Shown here: positions 25,128-32,000 of the stretch, piece by piece
How the letters are laid out: every line of letters begins with the position of its first letter
Position numbering within the stretch: position 1 is the stretch's first letter
Assembly: GCA_023413555.1 (NCBI GenBank)
Contig: JAEZPG010000029.1
Coordinates: 10,810-42,809 of the forward strand
DNA: 32,000 nt
From: Bacillota bacterium
GTDB taxonomy: Bacteria; Bacillota; Clostridia; Lachnospirales; Lachnospiraceae
Reading direction: 5' to 3'
Notes under the pieces: generated by a model
The model's database searches: none
Told to the model about the DNA's origin: nothing
What the model saw: the letters and a program-made list of their open reading frames with translations, nothing else
Translations under genes and position numbers: made by a program

Positions 25128-25898
25128 TTATGCTTGTCGAAGAGCCGCTTTCATGGTTCTTACATACTCTGTTACCGGTCTAATACAATCCTTTCCATAC
25201 AGAGCGATTGCTTTCACTATACCACTGCCAATCACCACTCCATCTGATATTCTGGCCATAGTCTTTGCCTGATCAGGAGTATTAACTCCAAAGCCCATAG
25301 CACAAGGTACATTGGCATTTGCACGAATGGTGGCAACAATTTCTCTATGATCAATTTGGTTGTCCTTCTCATTCCTTAACTTATCTGCCTCACAGTATAC
25401 AAATCCTTTTGCTCCTTTGGCAATGCTCGCAATTCTATCACGGGGACTTGGATTAACCACTGAGATGAGTCTTACACCAAATAAATCACAATCCCTTGAG
25501 ATTTCTTTTCTCTCTTCAAACACTAAATTAGGAACTACAAGTCCATCAATATCGACTTCCTTGCATTTTCTCATAAAACGACTAATACCATATTCCTTGA
25601 TTGTCTCTAAATATGCCAAGATAATCATGGGAATTCGCACTGACTTCCTAATGCTCTTTATCATTTCAAAGACATCTTCTGTCTTTATTCCTGCATCTAT
25701 TGCCCGCTTATTAGAAGACTTTATATCGTCAGACTCTACAGAGATATTTTCATATGGCATCCCTATCTTTACCATATCAACACCTGTTTGTTCCATTGCA
25801 AGTATTAACTGCCTGGTTGTACTTAGGTCAGGGTCTCCTGCTGTCAAATATGCTATAAATGCTTTCCTGTCTTCAAATGCATTACGTATTCTATCCAT
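25128..25898 (-). CDS. tryptophan synthase alpha-chain-like (TrpA family) protein, orphan and divergent
   Basis: The preferred start is ATG 25898 (MDRIRNAF...), with an AGGAGG SD 8 nt upstream. AFIAYLTAGDPDLSTT and GFGVNTPDQAKTMARISDGVVIGSGIVKAI match the TrpA N- and C-terminal signatures. The active-site stretch reads VKIGMPYENISVESDDIK rather than IELG.PFSDP.ADGP.IQ. No trpB or other trp genes are in the window. Confidence 0.75.
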   Translation of the reverse strand: MDRIRNAFEDRKAFIAYLTAGDPDLSTTRQLILAMEQTGVDMVKIGMPYENISVESDDIKSSNKRAIDAGIKTEDVFEMIKSIRKSVRIPMIILAYLETIKEYGISRFMRKCKEVDIDGLVVPNLVFEERKEISRDCDLFGVRLISVVNPSPRDRIASIAKGAKGFVYCEADKLRNEKDNQIDHREIVATIRANANVPCAMGFGVNTPDQAKTMARISDGVVIGSGIVKAIALYGKDCIRPVTEYVRTMKAALRQA

Positions 25899-26085
25899 CT
25901 CTGTTTTCCTCCTGTATCTAGATGTAAATTTTATCATGTTTATCTTTTGTAAATTAATATACTTATATCTCTAGTTTATCAAATACTTTAATTTCCTTCA
26001 ATATTTTTTCTCCTCAAAATACATCTTTTTTGACGCTAATCATTGATTTTTGATAATTTTCGTCTAGAACATTGCTCTTTCAATC

Positions 26086-26622
26086 TTAGAACACCATATT
26101 ACATACAATTACACTGGCAATTACCCCTGATATGGTCGCAACAAGAGCTCCAAGTAAGGTATATCGGCTCTTTCTTACGCCAGCAATCATAAAATATACA
26201 CTCATCGTATAAAAAATAGTTTCGGTACAGCTCATCATAATACTTGCCAGCCTACCAAGATAAGAATCCGGACCATATTCCTTAAAAATATCCAGAAGTA
26301 ATGAGGTTGCAGCTGAACTGGAGAACATTTTTATAATAACTAAAGGAACTAACTGAGCTGGGAAGAATATTTTCTCTAGGACAGGTGACAAACAGTCTGA
26401 TAGAATATTAAGAGCCCCAGATGCCCGTAATATCCCTATCGCTACCATGAGGCTAACTAGGGTAGGAACAATCTCAACTGTCACCTTAAGGCCATCCTTT
26501 GCCCCTTTAATAAAGTCATCATAAACAGGTGCCTTGCACAGAAGGCCATACCCGATTACTACAAAGAAAATAAATGGCATAATATAATCAGATATGTACA
26601 GCAAAAAACCCATGACATACAT
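26086..26622 (-). CDS. spmB: spore maturation protein B (nucleoside-recognition/Gate-domain membrane protein)
   Basis: 178-aa polytopic membrane ORF, 8 nt downstream of spmA. The sequence ...GAKDGLKVTVEIVPTLVSLMVAIGILRASGA... is typical of SpmB. Confidence 0.8.
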   Translation of the reverse strand: MYVMGFLLYISDYIMPFIFFVVIGYGLLCKAPVYDDFIKGAKDGLKVTVEIVPTLVSLMVAIGILRASGALNILSDCLSPVLEKIFFPAQLVPLVIIKMFSSSAATSLLLDIFKEYGPDSYLGRLASIMMSCTETIFYTMSVYFMIAGVRKSRYTLLGALVATISGVIASVIVCNMVF

Positions 26623-26630
26623 CCTTTCTT

Positions 26631-27215
26631 TTAATGATATCTACTGCGCTTTCTTGCTACAATTGAAAATACTACACCGACTAAAGTCGAGAAAATAGTT
26701 GTTACAATAGCGGCCCCTAGGATATCCGTCGGTTTTATAGATTGGAACTGAGAGCGGTAGGCAATTATATTAACAGGAATCAGCTGAAGAGAAGAAATAT
26801 TAATAATAAGGAACGTGCACATATCGCAACTGGCCACTTCATTATCATGATTTAATTTCTTCAGTTCCTTCATCGCTTTTAATCCCATTGGTGTAGCGGC
26901 CCAACCAAGCCCAAGTATATTAGCAATCATATTGGATGCTATATACTCATTCACTATATGATCTCTTGGTATATCTGGAAAAAGGATCCGAAGAACCGGC
27001 TTTAAAACTTTAGTTAAGCGATCAATAATACCAACAGATTTGGCTACCTGCATCAGTCCCGTCCACATTGACATGATTCCCAGCATAGTAATACATAAGG
27101 TAATCGCATCCTTTGCTGAGGTCAAAGTAGCATTACTAACTCCATCCACATTTCCAGTGACTACTGCTACACCTATTCCCAGAACAATCATAAACGCCCA
27201 TAAATAATTAAGAAT
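26631..27215 (-). CDS. spmA: spore maturation protein A; probable non-ATG (ATT) start
   Basis: The track ORF 26631..27191 starts at an internal Met with no SD. The frame is open upstream and encodes (I)LNYLWAFMIVLGIG, which is the conserved SpmA N-terminus MLNY.W. A GAGGGG SD lies 9 nt upstream of ATT at 27215..27213, and an in-frame TGA at 27221..27219 caps the ORF. Confidence 0.75.
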   Translation of the reverse strand: MLNYLWAFMIVLGIGVAVVTGNVDGVSNATLTSAKDAITLCITMLGIMSMWTGLMQVAKSVGIIDRLTKVLKPVLRILFPDIPRDHIVNEYIASNMIANILGLGWAATPMGLKAMKELKKLNHDNEVASCDMCTFLIINISSLQLIPVNIIAYRSQFQSIKPTDILGAAIVTTIFSTLVGVVFSIVARKRSRYH

Positions 27216-27761
27216 AAGTCATATCCCCTCTCAAAGAAAAAAAATACTACAGAAACTTTATTTCTAACCCTTTACTTGATATTTATATGCAAGTAGCATT
27301 AATTTATGAAATTATTTCTTCTCCAAAATAGTTTACTTTTTGTATTGGTTATTTCTGTTATTTTTTTCTTAAATGCCTCGTTTTATCCTCCAAATTATGT
27401 TATCTTATTAATAGATATGAATTCATTGACATTTCAACAGATTCCTATATCTTTTTATCTTCTTCAAAGATTGTTTTATTTCATTATTTTTACACAGTAT
27501 AGATTTTTTTGTTAGTTTTTAAGTATATAATGAAAAACAGATGGTAAAATTGGTTTACTAATTTTGAGGAAATTTTTAGGACATAAATGGTGGTTTTATT
27601 TTATATTTTTACATTTTCCATATATAAATCTATGTTTGTTTCTATATATTCCTATTTTTTAACTTAACATTTCCATATTAACATATATTTACATTTTACA
27701 TTTTTTTATCATGTCATTTTGTCTAGATTAAAATTATGCTATATGACATTAAGATTTTAAG

Positions 27762-27797
27762 TTGACTTTAACGGGTGTAAGTGTTATTTTATACAAT
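27762..27797 (+). promoter_or_regulatory. abrB promoter region (two overlapping sigma-A-like candidates)
   Basis: One candidate is TTGACT (27762-27767), 17 nt, TGt-TATTTT (27782-27790). The other is TTAACG (27769-27774), 17 nt, TACAAT (27792-27797). Both lie 50-80 nt upstream of the abrB ATG. Confidence 0.45.
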
Positions 27798-27801
27798 ATC
27801 T

Positions 27802-27820
27802 ACAAGTAATAATTACTTGT
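27802..27820 (+). promoter_or_regulatory. perfect 9-1-9 palindrome between the abrB promoter and SD (operator or 5'-UTR hairpin)
   Basis: ACAAGTAAT-A-ATTACTTGT has exactly complementary arms. It lies immediately downstream of the candidate -10 elements and 12 nt upstream of the AAAGGAG SD. Confidence 0.4.
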
Positions 27821-27845
27821 TAATAATATCCAAAGGAGTAGACAT

Positions 27846-28103
27846 ATGAAAAGTACAGGTATAGTTAGAAAACTTGATGAGCTTGGCCGTATTACACTTC
27901 CAATCGAATTAAGAAGAACTCTTGGCGTAAGCGAGAGAGATCCACTGGAAATTTTTGTTGATGAGGATCGCATTGTATTACAGAAATACGAACCAACTGA
28001 CATTTTCAATGGGGAAAAGAATGACCTTTATGATTACTGTGGAAAGAAAGTTTCCAAAGAGTCTATCGTACAATTAGCAAAATTGGCAGGAATCATCGAG
28101 TAG
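27846..28103 (+). CDS. abrB: AbrB-family transition-state regulator
   Basis: 85-aa ORF with an AAAGGAG SD. MKSTGIVRKLDELGRITLPIELRRTLGVSERDPLEIFVDEDRIVLQKY is the canonical SpoVT/AbrB swapped-hairpin N-domain. It is divergent from rsmI, as in B. subtilis. Confidence 0.92.
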   Translation: MKSTGIVRKLDELGRITLPIELRRTLGVSERDPLEIFVDEDRIVLQKYEPTDIFNGEKNDLYDYCGKKVSKESIVQLAKLAGIIE

Positions 28104-28214
28104 TTGTTACTGATTGTCATTATGTAGATATTGTGACTCCCTTACAATATTGACCAAACAACAAAAAACAGTGTTCTTGGAACTGTGCTAAAAAGTACAG
28201 TTTTATGTAGGATA

Positions 28215-28246
28215 CGGTGTAACTCATTCTGGTTACACCGTTTTCT
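28215..28246 (+). terminator. intrinsic terminator of abrB
   Basis: CGGTGTAAC-tcattctg-GTTACACCG forms a 9-bp stem followed by TTTTCTATT. Confidence 0.7.
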
Positions 28247-28289
28247 ATTGCATATACTACCCTACTTTTCTTTCATTACATAATATCCT

Positions 28290-29147
28290 TCATCTGGAAC
28301 TAGAACCGGATTCCAATAACATCTGGTAAATATCTCGTTTGGATACTCCTCGATCTGCTGCCACTTGCTTCATGGCATCTTTTTTCATTTGCCCCTGATC
28401 CATATAAAGCTTAAGATGTTCTTCTACATTCATATCTTCCCACGCCCGTCTTTTTTCTTTAAGAAGTTCTTCTCTCTTGGCACCTTCCAGCACAATCACA
28501 CATTCTCCTTTGACTTCATTGACAGAATAGTGTGCAATGGCCTCTTGTAAGCTCGTCAGGAAGGCTGTCTCATACTTTTTCGTCAATTCACGGCAAATAG
28601 TAGCCTTACGATCTCCTAGAGCCTCAAATAGCTCCTGGAGCGTTTTTAAGAGGCGATGGGGAGCTTCATAGAGGATGGTGGTTCTAGTTTCAGTCTTTAG
28701 CTCTTCTAAGATAGCTTTCTTCTCCTTTTTGTCCGTTGGCAAGAAGGCTTCAAAGCAGAATCTTCTGGTATTAAGACCAGATAGGGTCAACGCCGTAATA
28801 CAGGCCACCGGTCCAGGAAGGGAAGTAACCGAGATCCCTGCCTCATAGGCAAAACGAACCAATTCTTCCCCTGGGTCTGAGATACCTGGAGTTCCCGCAT
28901 CTGTCACCAAGGCAATATTTACTCCCTGTTGTAACTGTTCCACAAGGTATTTGGCCTTATCAATTTTATTAAACTCATGATAACTGGTCATAGGAGTCTT
29001 AATATTAAAATGATTCAGTAGCTTTATGGTATGTCTGGTATCTTCAGCAGCAATAATATCAACTTCTTCTAAAGTCTTTAGCACACGAAGGGTGATATCC
29101 TCCAGATTTCCAATGGGTGTAGCACATAAGTATAATGTTCCTGCCAT
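28290..29147 (-). CDS. rsmI: 16S rRNA (cytidine1402-2'-O)-methyltransferase
   Basis: The preferred start is ATG 29147 (MAGTLYLCATPIGNLEDIT...), 5 nt after GGAGG. It has AEDTRHT and DAGTPGISDPG motifs of the tetrapyrrole-methylase-fold RsmI family. Confidence 0.9.
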   Translation of the reverse strand: MAGTLYLCATPIGNLEDITLRVLKTLEEVDIIAAEDTRHTIKLLNHFNIKTPMTSYHEFNKIDKAKYLVEQLQQGVNIALVTDAGTPGISDPGEELVRFAYEAGISVTSLPGPVACITALTLSGLNTRRFCFEAFLPTDKKEKKAILEELKTETRTTILYEAPHRLLKTLQELFEALGDRKATICRELTKKYETAFLTSLQEAIAHYSVNEVKGECVIVLEGAKREELLKEKRRAWEDMNVEEHLKLYMDQGQMKKDAMKQVAADRGVSKRDIYQMLLESGSSSR

Positions 29148-29202
29148 TACAGCCTCCATTCTGACACATTGGGCTTATGGATGACAGTAATAATTTAAGC
29201 AT

Positions 29203-29937
29203 CTAGTATCCATAAACCTCATATATTTCATCGGTATAAACATTGGGTTGCTTATATACGATTAATGGTGGATCCATCTTAAGCATAGACTTTCCACCTC
29301 TTACTGCCTCTATTAACACCATATTAGGCTCTTTATTGATATAAGGGTGCACCATTCTCATATGCTTCGGCTCCAACTTATAGCTGGTTAGCATATTAAT
29401 GATTTCCACCAATCTGGTAGGGCGGTGAATCATATACATTCTTCCTCCTGGTCGCAATAACCGAGCACTTTCCCTTACTACATCCTCTAACTTACATAAT
29501 AATTCATGTCTTGCAATCGCCTTAGGCATATTGGGATTTACCAATCCATGATTGTGGTTCATATAAGGTGGATTGGTTGTGACAACATCAAAGGAAGCCG
29601 GTTTAAAAATCCTTGAGGCTTCCTTAATATCTCCTGTAACTATATCAATTGTCTCCTGTAACCCATTGTAGGACACGCTCCGGCGTGCCATGTCAGCACT
29701 TTCCGCCTGGATCTCCAGCCCTGTAAAATGCCTACCCTTAGTCTTCGCTTCTAATAGAATAGGGATGATTCCAGTACCGGTCCCCAGATCAATGGCAACC
29801 TCGCCTTCCAATACTTTGGCAAATCCGGAAAGAAGGACTGCATCCAATCCAAAGCAAAATTTTTCCGGATTTTGAATAATCTTATAATGATTTCGATGCA
29901 AATCATCTAAGCGTTCTCCTGGTAATAATACTTCCAT
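29203..29937 (-). CDS. tRNA1(Val) (adenine37-N6)-methyltransferase-like SAM-dependent methyltransferase (YabB/TrmN6 family)
   Basis: 244-aa ORF with SAM motif I IDLGTGTGIIPILL and the catalytic NPPY (VVTTNPPYM). Its position between ricT and rsmI matches B. subtilis yabB. Confidence 0.85.
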   Translation of the reverse strand: MEVLLPGERLDDLHRNHYKIIQNPEKFCFGLDAVLLSGFAKVLEGEVAIDLGTGTGIIPILLEAKTKGRHFTGLEIQAESADMARRSVSYNGLQETIDIVTGDIKEASRIFKPASFDVVTTNPPYMNHNHGLVNPNMPKAIARHELLCKLEDVVRESARLLRPGGRMYMIHRPTRLVEIINMLTSYKLEPKHMRMVHPYINKEPNMVLIEAVRGGKSMLKMDPPLIVYKQPNVYTDEIYEVYGY

Positions 29938-29962
29938 GAAGGCACTCCTTACTTTTTTCCAC

Positions 29963-30871
29963 TTAGTTATCGTCTAGGGTATATTTTCCCTCTTTTTTCT
30001 CTAATAATTCCAAGTTTCTAAGTTCTTCATCAATCGTAACCTTTTCTCTCTTCTTTCGAGGAGTGAATTTTAAGTCATCTACCTTATACTCTCTGAATTC
30101 CTTTTCATCATTGTCTAATGTTACAATAACCTTTACAAGCTGTTTTAAGACGGAAACACTATGAACTTCGCCCTTTAGGCGGTCACTGGTGGTTACAACA
30201 TCTCCTACATTTGGAAGCTTACTATTCAATTCTTCATATGCTTCCTCTTCATTCTTCAGACAACACATCAATCTTCCACATACGCCGGAAATCTTGGTTG
30301 GATTTAATGATAAATTCTGTTCCTTTGCCATTTTTATGGAAACAGGAACAAACTCAGATAGATAAGAATGACAGCAAAGAGGGCGCCCGCAAATACCAAT
30401 TCCCCCTACAATCTTAGTCTCATCCCTAACACCAATCTGACGAAGCTCAATTCTAGTTTTAAATACAGCTGCCAAATCCTTTACTAATTCACGGAAATCG
30501 ATTCTTCCGTCTGCAGTAAAGTAAAATAATACTTTATTATTGTCAAAGGTATATTCTGCATCTATTAATTTCATTTCCAATTGGTGTTTCTGAATCTTCT
30601 CTAAGCAGATTGTAAAAGCTTCCTTCTCCTTTATCTTATTCTTACGTTCTATCTCATCATCTTCCGGTGTGGATACCCGGATGACTTGCTTCAGAGGCTG
30701 GATAATTCTCTCCTCTTCAACATCCTTGTAGCCAAGCACAACTTGTCCATATTCGATACCTCTGGCTGTCTCTACAATTACATTATCCCCTTGTTTGATT
30801 TCTAGTCCAGCTGGATCAAAAAAGTAAATCTTCCCAGCCTTCCTAAATCTTACTCCAATAACATTTACCAT
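29963..30871 (-). CDS. ricT: PSP1-domain protein RicT (YaaT)
   Basis: 302-aa ORF. VIGVRFRKAGKIYFFDP...GDNVIVETARGIEYG and the Cys-rich CGRPLCCHSYL...GVCGRLMCCL are hallmarks of YaaT/PSP1. It lies directly downstream of holB. Confidence 0.9.
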   Translation of the reverse strand: MVNVIGVRFRKAGKIYFFDPAGLEIKQGDNVIVETARGIEYGQVVLGYKDVEEERIIQPLKQVIRVSTPEDDEIERKNKIKEKEAFTICLEKIQKHQLEMKLIDAEYTFDNNKVLFYFTADGRIDFRELVKDLAAVFKTRIELRQIGVRDETKIVGGIGICGRPLCCHSYLSEFVPVSIKMAKEQNLSLNPTKISGVCGRLMCCLKNEEEAYEELNSKLPNVGDVVTTSDRLKGEVHSVSVLKQLVKVIVTLDNDEKEFREYKVDDLKFTPRKKREKVTIDEELRNLELLEKKEGKYTLDDN

Positions 30872-30872
30872 G

Positions 30873-31859
30873 CTAATTCTCCTTTATTGATAGTAACATC
30901 AGCTCAATAGCCACGTCAAAGTTAACATTAGCCCTCAATCTGATCTTTGCCTTATCCATCGCCTCAATAATTGCCTCTATTCCTTCATAGTCGCTTTTTG
31001 TGGTCTGTTTAGCTATATAGCGAACTTCACTTTTGTATAATAAACGATTTGGATCGTTGGTTACTTTAAACATTAACACATCACGATACCATAGCAGCAT
31101 CAGATCAATGTAATCCTCTATGTCAAGTTTATGGGCACTGAATTCCTTCAAGGCGTCCATAATCTCATAAAGCTCCATTTCATCAATATGCCGCAACACG
31201 TGAATAATTGCATCCTTGGACTGAATAAAATCCTCGCTAGATGCATATTTAATGGCTCTTCCGACATTTCCTCTAGAAAACGCAGCGCTAATTTCTGCCA
31301 AGTAATCAGGAATCTGCTTTTTCTCCATAAGAAATTGCTTAATCTCTTTCTCTGGAATAACCTTAAGCTCCAAATTTACACACCTTGATTGAATAGTAGG
31401 AAGCAACTTGCCTAGACTTGTAGTCAATAGCATAATAACTGCATACTCTGGTGGCTCCTCAATCGTCTTAAGTAAAGCATTTTGCGCTTGTTCTGTCATT
31501 TTCTCAGCTTCATCTATAATGTAAATCTTATTGAGGCTACTATATGGTTTAATTAATATATCATTATTCACTTGAACTCGAATCTCTTCCACACCTAAAC
31601 TGGCTTTTTCATGTTTCACATAGATGAGATCTGGTTGATTACCACCCTCTACCTGGAGACAGGATTTACATTTATTACAAGGCTCCTGTCCGTGAGCCTC
31701 ACAAAGCAAAGTCTTAGCAAAAATATCTGCTAACATCTTTTTGCCGGAGCCATCCTCGCCAGTGAATATATATGCCTGGGATACCTTCTTGTTGGCAACT
31801 GCTTTTTTCAAATGCTCTATGATATTTTTATGTCCAATAACTTTATTGTAATCTAACAT
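30873..31859 (-). CDS. holB: DNA polymerase III subunit delta-prime
   Basis: The preferred start is ATG 31859 (MLDYNKVIGH...), after GAGGTG. It has a P-loop-like GEDGSGKK, the zinc module C..C..CKSC, IYIIDEAEKMT and the SRC motif TIQSRC. Confidence 0.88.
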   Translation of the reverse strand: MLDYNKVIGHKNIIEHLKKAVANKKVSQAYIFTGEDGSGKKMLADIFAKTLLCEAHGQEPCNKCKSCLQVEGGNQPDLIYVKHEKASLGVEEIRVQVNNDILIKPYSSLNKIYIIDEAEKMTEQAQNALLKTIEEPPEYAVIMLLTTSLGKLLPTIQSRCVNLELKVIPEKEIKQFLMEKKQIPDYLAEISAAFSRGNVGRAIKYASSEDFIQSKDAIIHVLRHIDEMELYEIMDALKEFSAHKLDIEDYIDLMLLWYRDVLMFKVTNDPNRLLYKSEVRYIAKQTTKSDYEGIEAIIEAMDKAKIRLRANVNFDVAIELMLLSIKEN

Positions 31860-31911
31860 AGTCCACACCTCATATTCTTACAGTTACCCTGAATTCACCA
31901 ATAAATTTCTC

Positions 31912-32000
31912 CTACATCAATAAATCCAATAGCATTCCTCTTATTTCATCAATACTACCTAAGATAGAAATGGAGTCCTTCTCTTCCTTAATTAACTCCT
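31912..32000 (-). CDS. C-terminal fragment of an upstream gene (position corresponds to yaaR/DUF327 in B. subtilis synteny)
   Basis: The minus-strand frame is open from the window edge: ...ELIKEEKDSISILGSIDEIRGMLLDLLM* with stop TAG at 31914..31912. Only 29 codons are visible, so the identity rests on position alone. Confidence 0.3.
   Translation of the reverse strand, partial: ELIKEEKDSISILGSIDEIRGMLLDLLM

Noticed and set aside
25360-25974. 204-aa plus-strand ORF
   Set aside because: It lies entirely antisense to the TrpA-like gene and is S/L/I/F-rich, as expected for the reverse frame of an AT-rich gene. It has no SD and no recognisable motif.
27306-27515. 69-aa hydrophobic ORF in the spmA/abrB intergenic region
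   Set aside because: It has no SD. The Phe/Leu/Ile-rich composition is what T-rich non-coding DNA yields on translation. The region looks regulatory.
29938-29962. Absence of yabA between ricT and the yabB-like methyltransferase, and of a GIY-YIG gene before rsmI
   Set aside because: The gaps are only 25 and 43-55 nt, so nothing is hidden there. Gene content at these positions varies among Firmicutes, so absence alone is not informative.
1-32000. Search for CRISPR arrays, IS elements or transposases, integrases, prophage genes, tRNA or rRNA genes, and long direct repeats
   Set aside because: By eye I found no regularly spaced repeats, no transposase- or integrase-like ORFs, no tRNA T-arm/acceptor patterns and no rRNA. 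The only RNA genes or elements supported are the SRP RNA and the T-box leader.

Overview
Low-GC (about 36-38% by eye) Firmicutes chromosome, most likely a spore-forming member of the Clostridia (abrB, spmA/spmB and ricT are present). Nearly all genes are on the minus strand. The backbone is the origin-proximal housekeeping block known from Bacillus subtilis. It reads holB-ricT(yaaT)-yabB-rsmI-abrB ... metG (with a Met T-box leader)-tatD-rsmA(ksgA), and separately tadA followed by the long-form SRP RNA. About 10 kb of other genes lies between abrB and metG: spmAB, an orphan TrpA-like gene, a two-component system with an FtsX/ABC exporter, and a DUF885 lipoprotein. I found no transposase, integrase, CRISPR array, tRNA or rRNA. 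The best candidate for something undescribed is the minus-strand operon at 4470-9222, possibly extending to 2748. It encodes a 774-aa protein with a degenerate cNMP-binding-like N-terminus, an ABC ATPase with no permease, and a TPR + SpoVK/CbbX-like AAA protein with degenerate catalytic motifs, followed by a CBS-domain pyrophosphatase. It sits directly downstream of the SRP RNA, where B. subtilis has dnaX-ybaB-recR. The left edge carries the N-terminus of an OLD/AAA_15-type ATPase that could belong to a defence locus outside the window. Smaller items are an orphan TrpA paralogue with a substituted catalytic Glu, a decayed XRE-TPR regulator, a probable ATT start for spmA, several structured intergenic elements and a very AT-rich abrB control region. 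All functional calls come from reading motifs and remembered family consensus. No database search was run.
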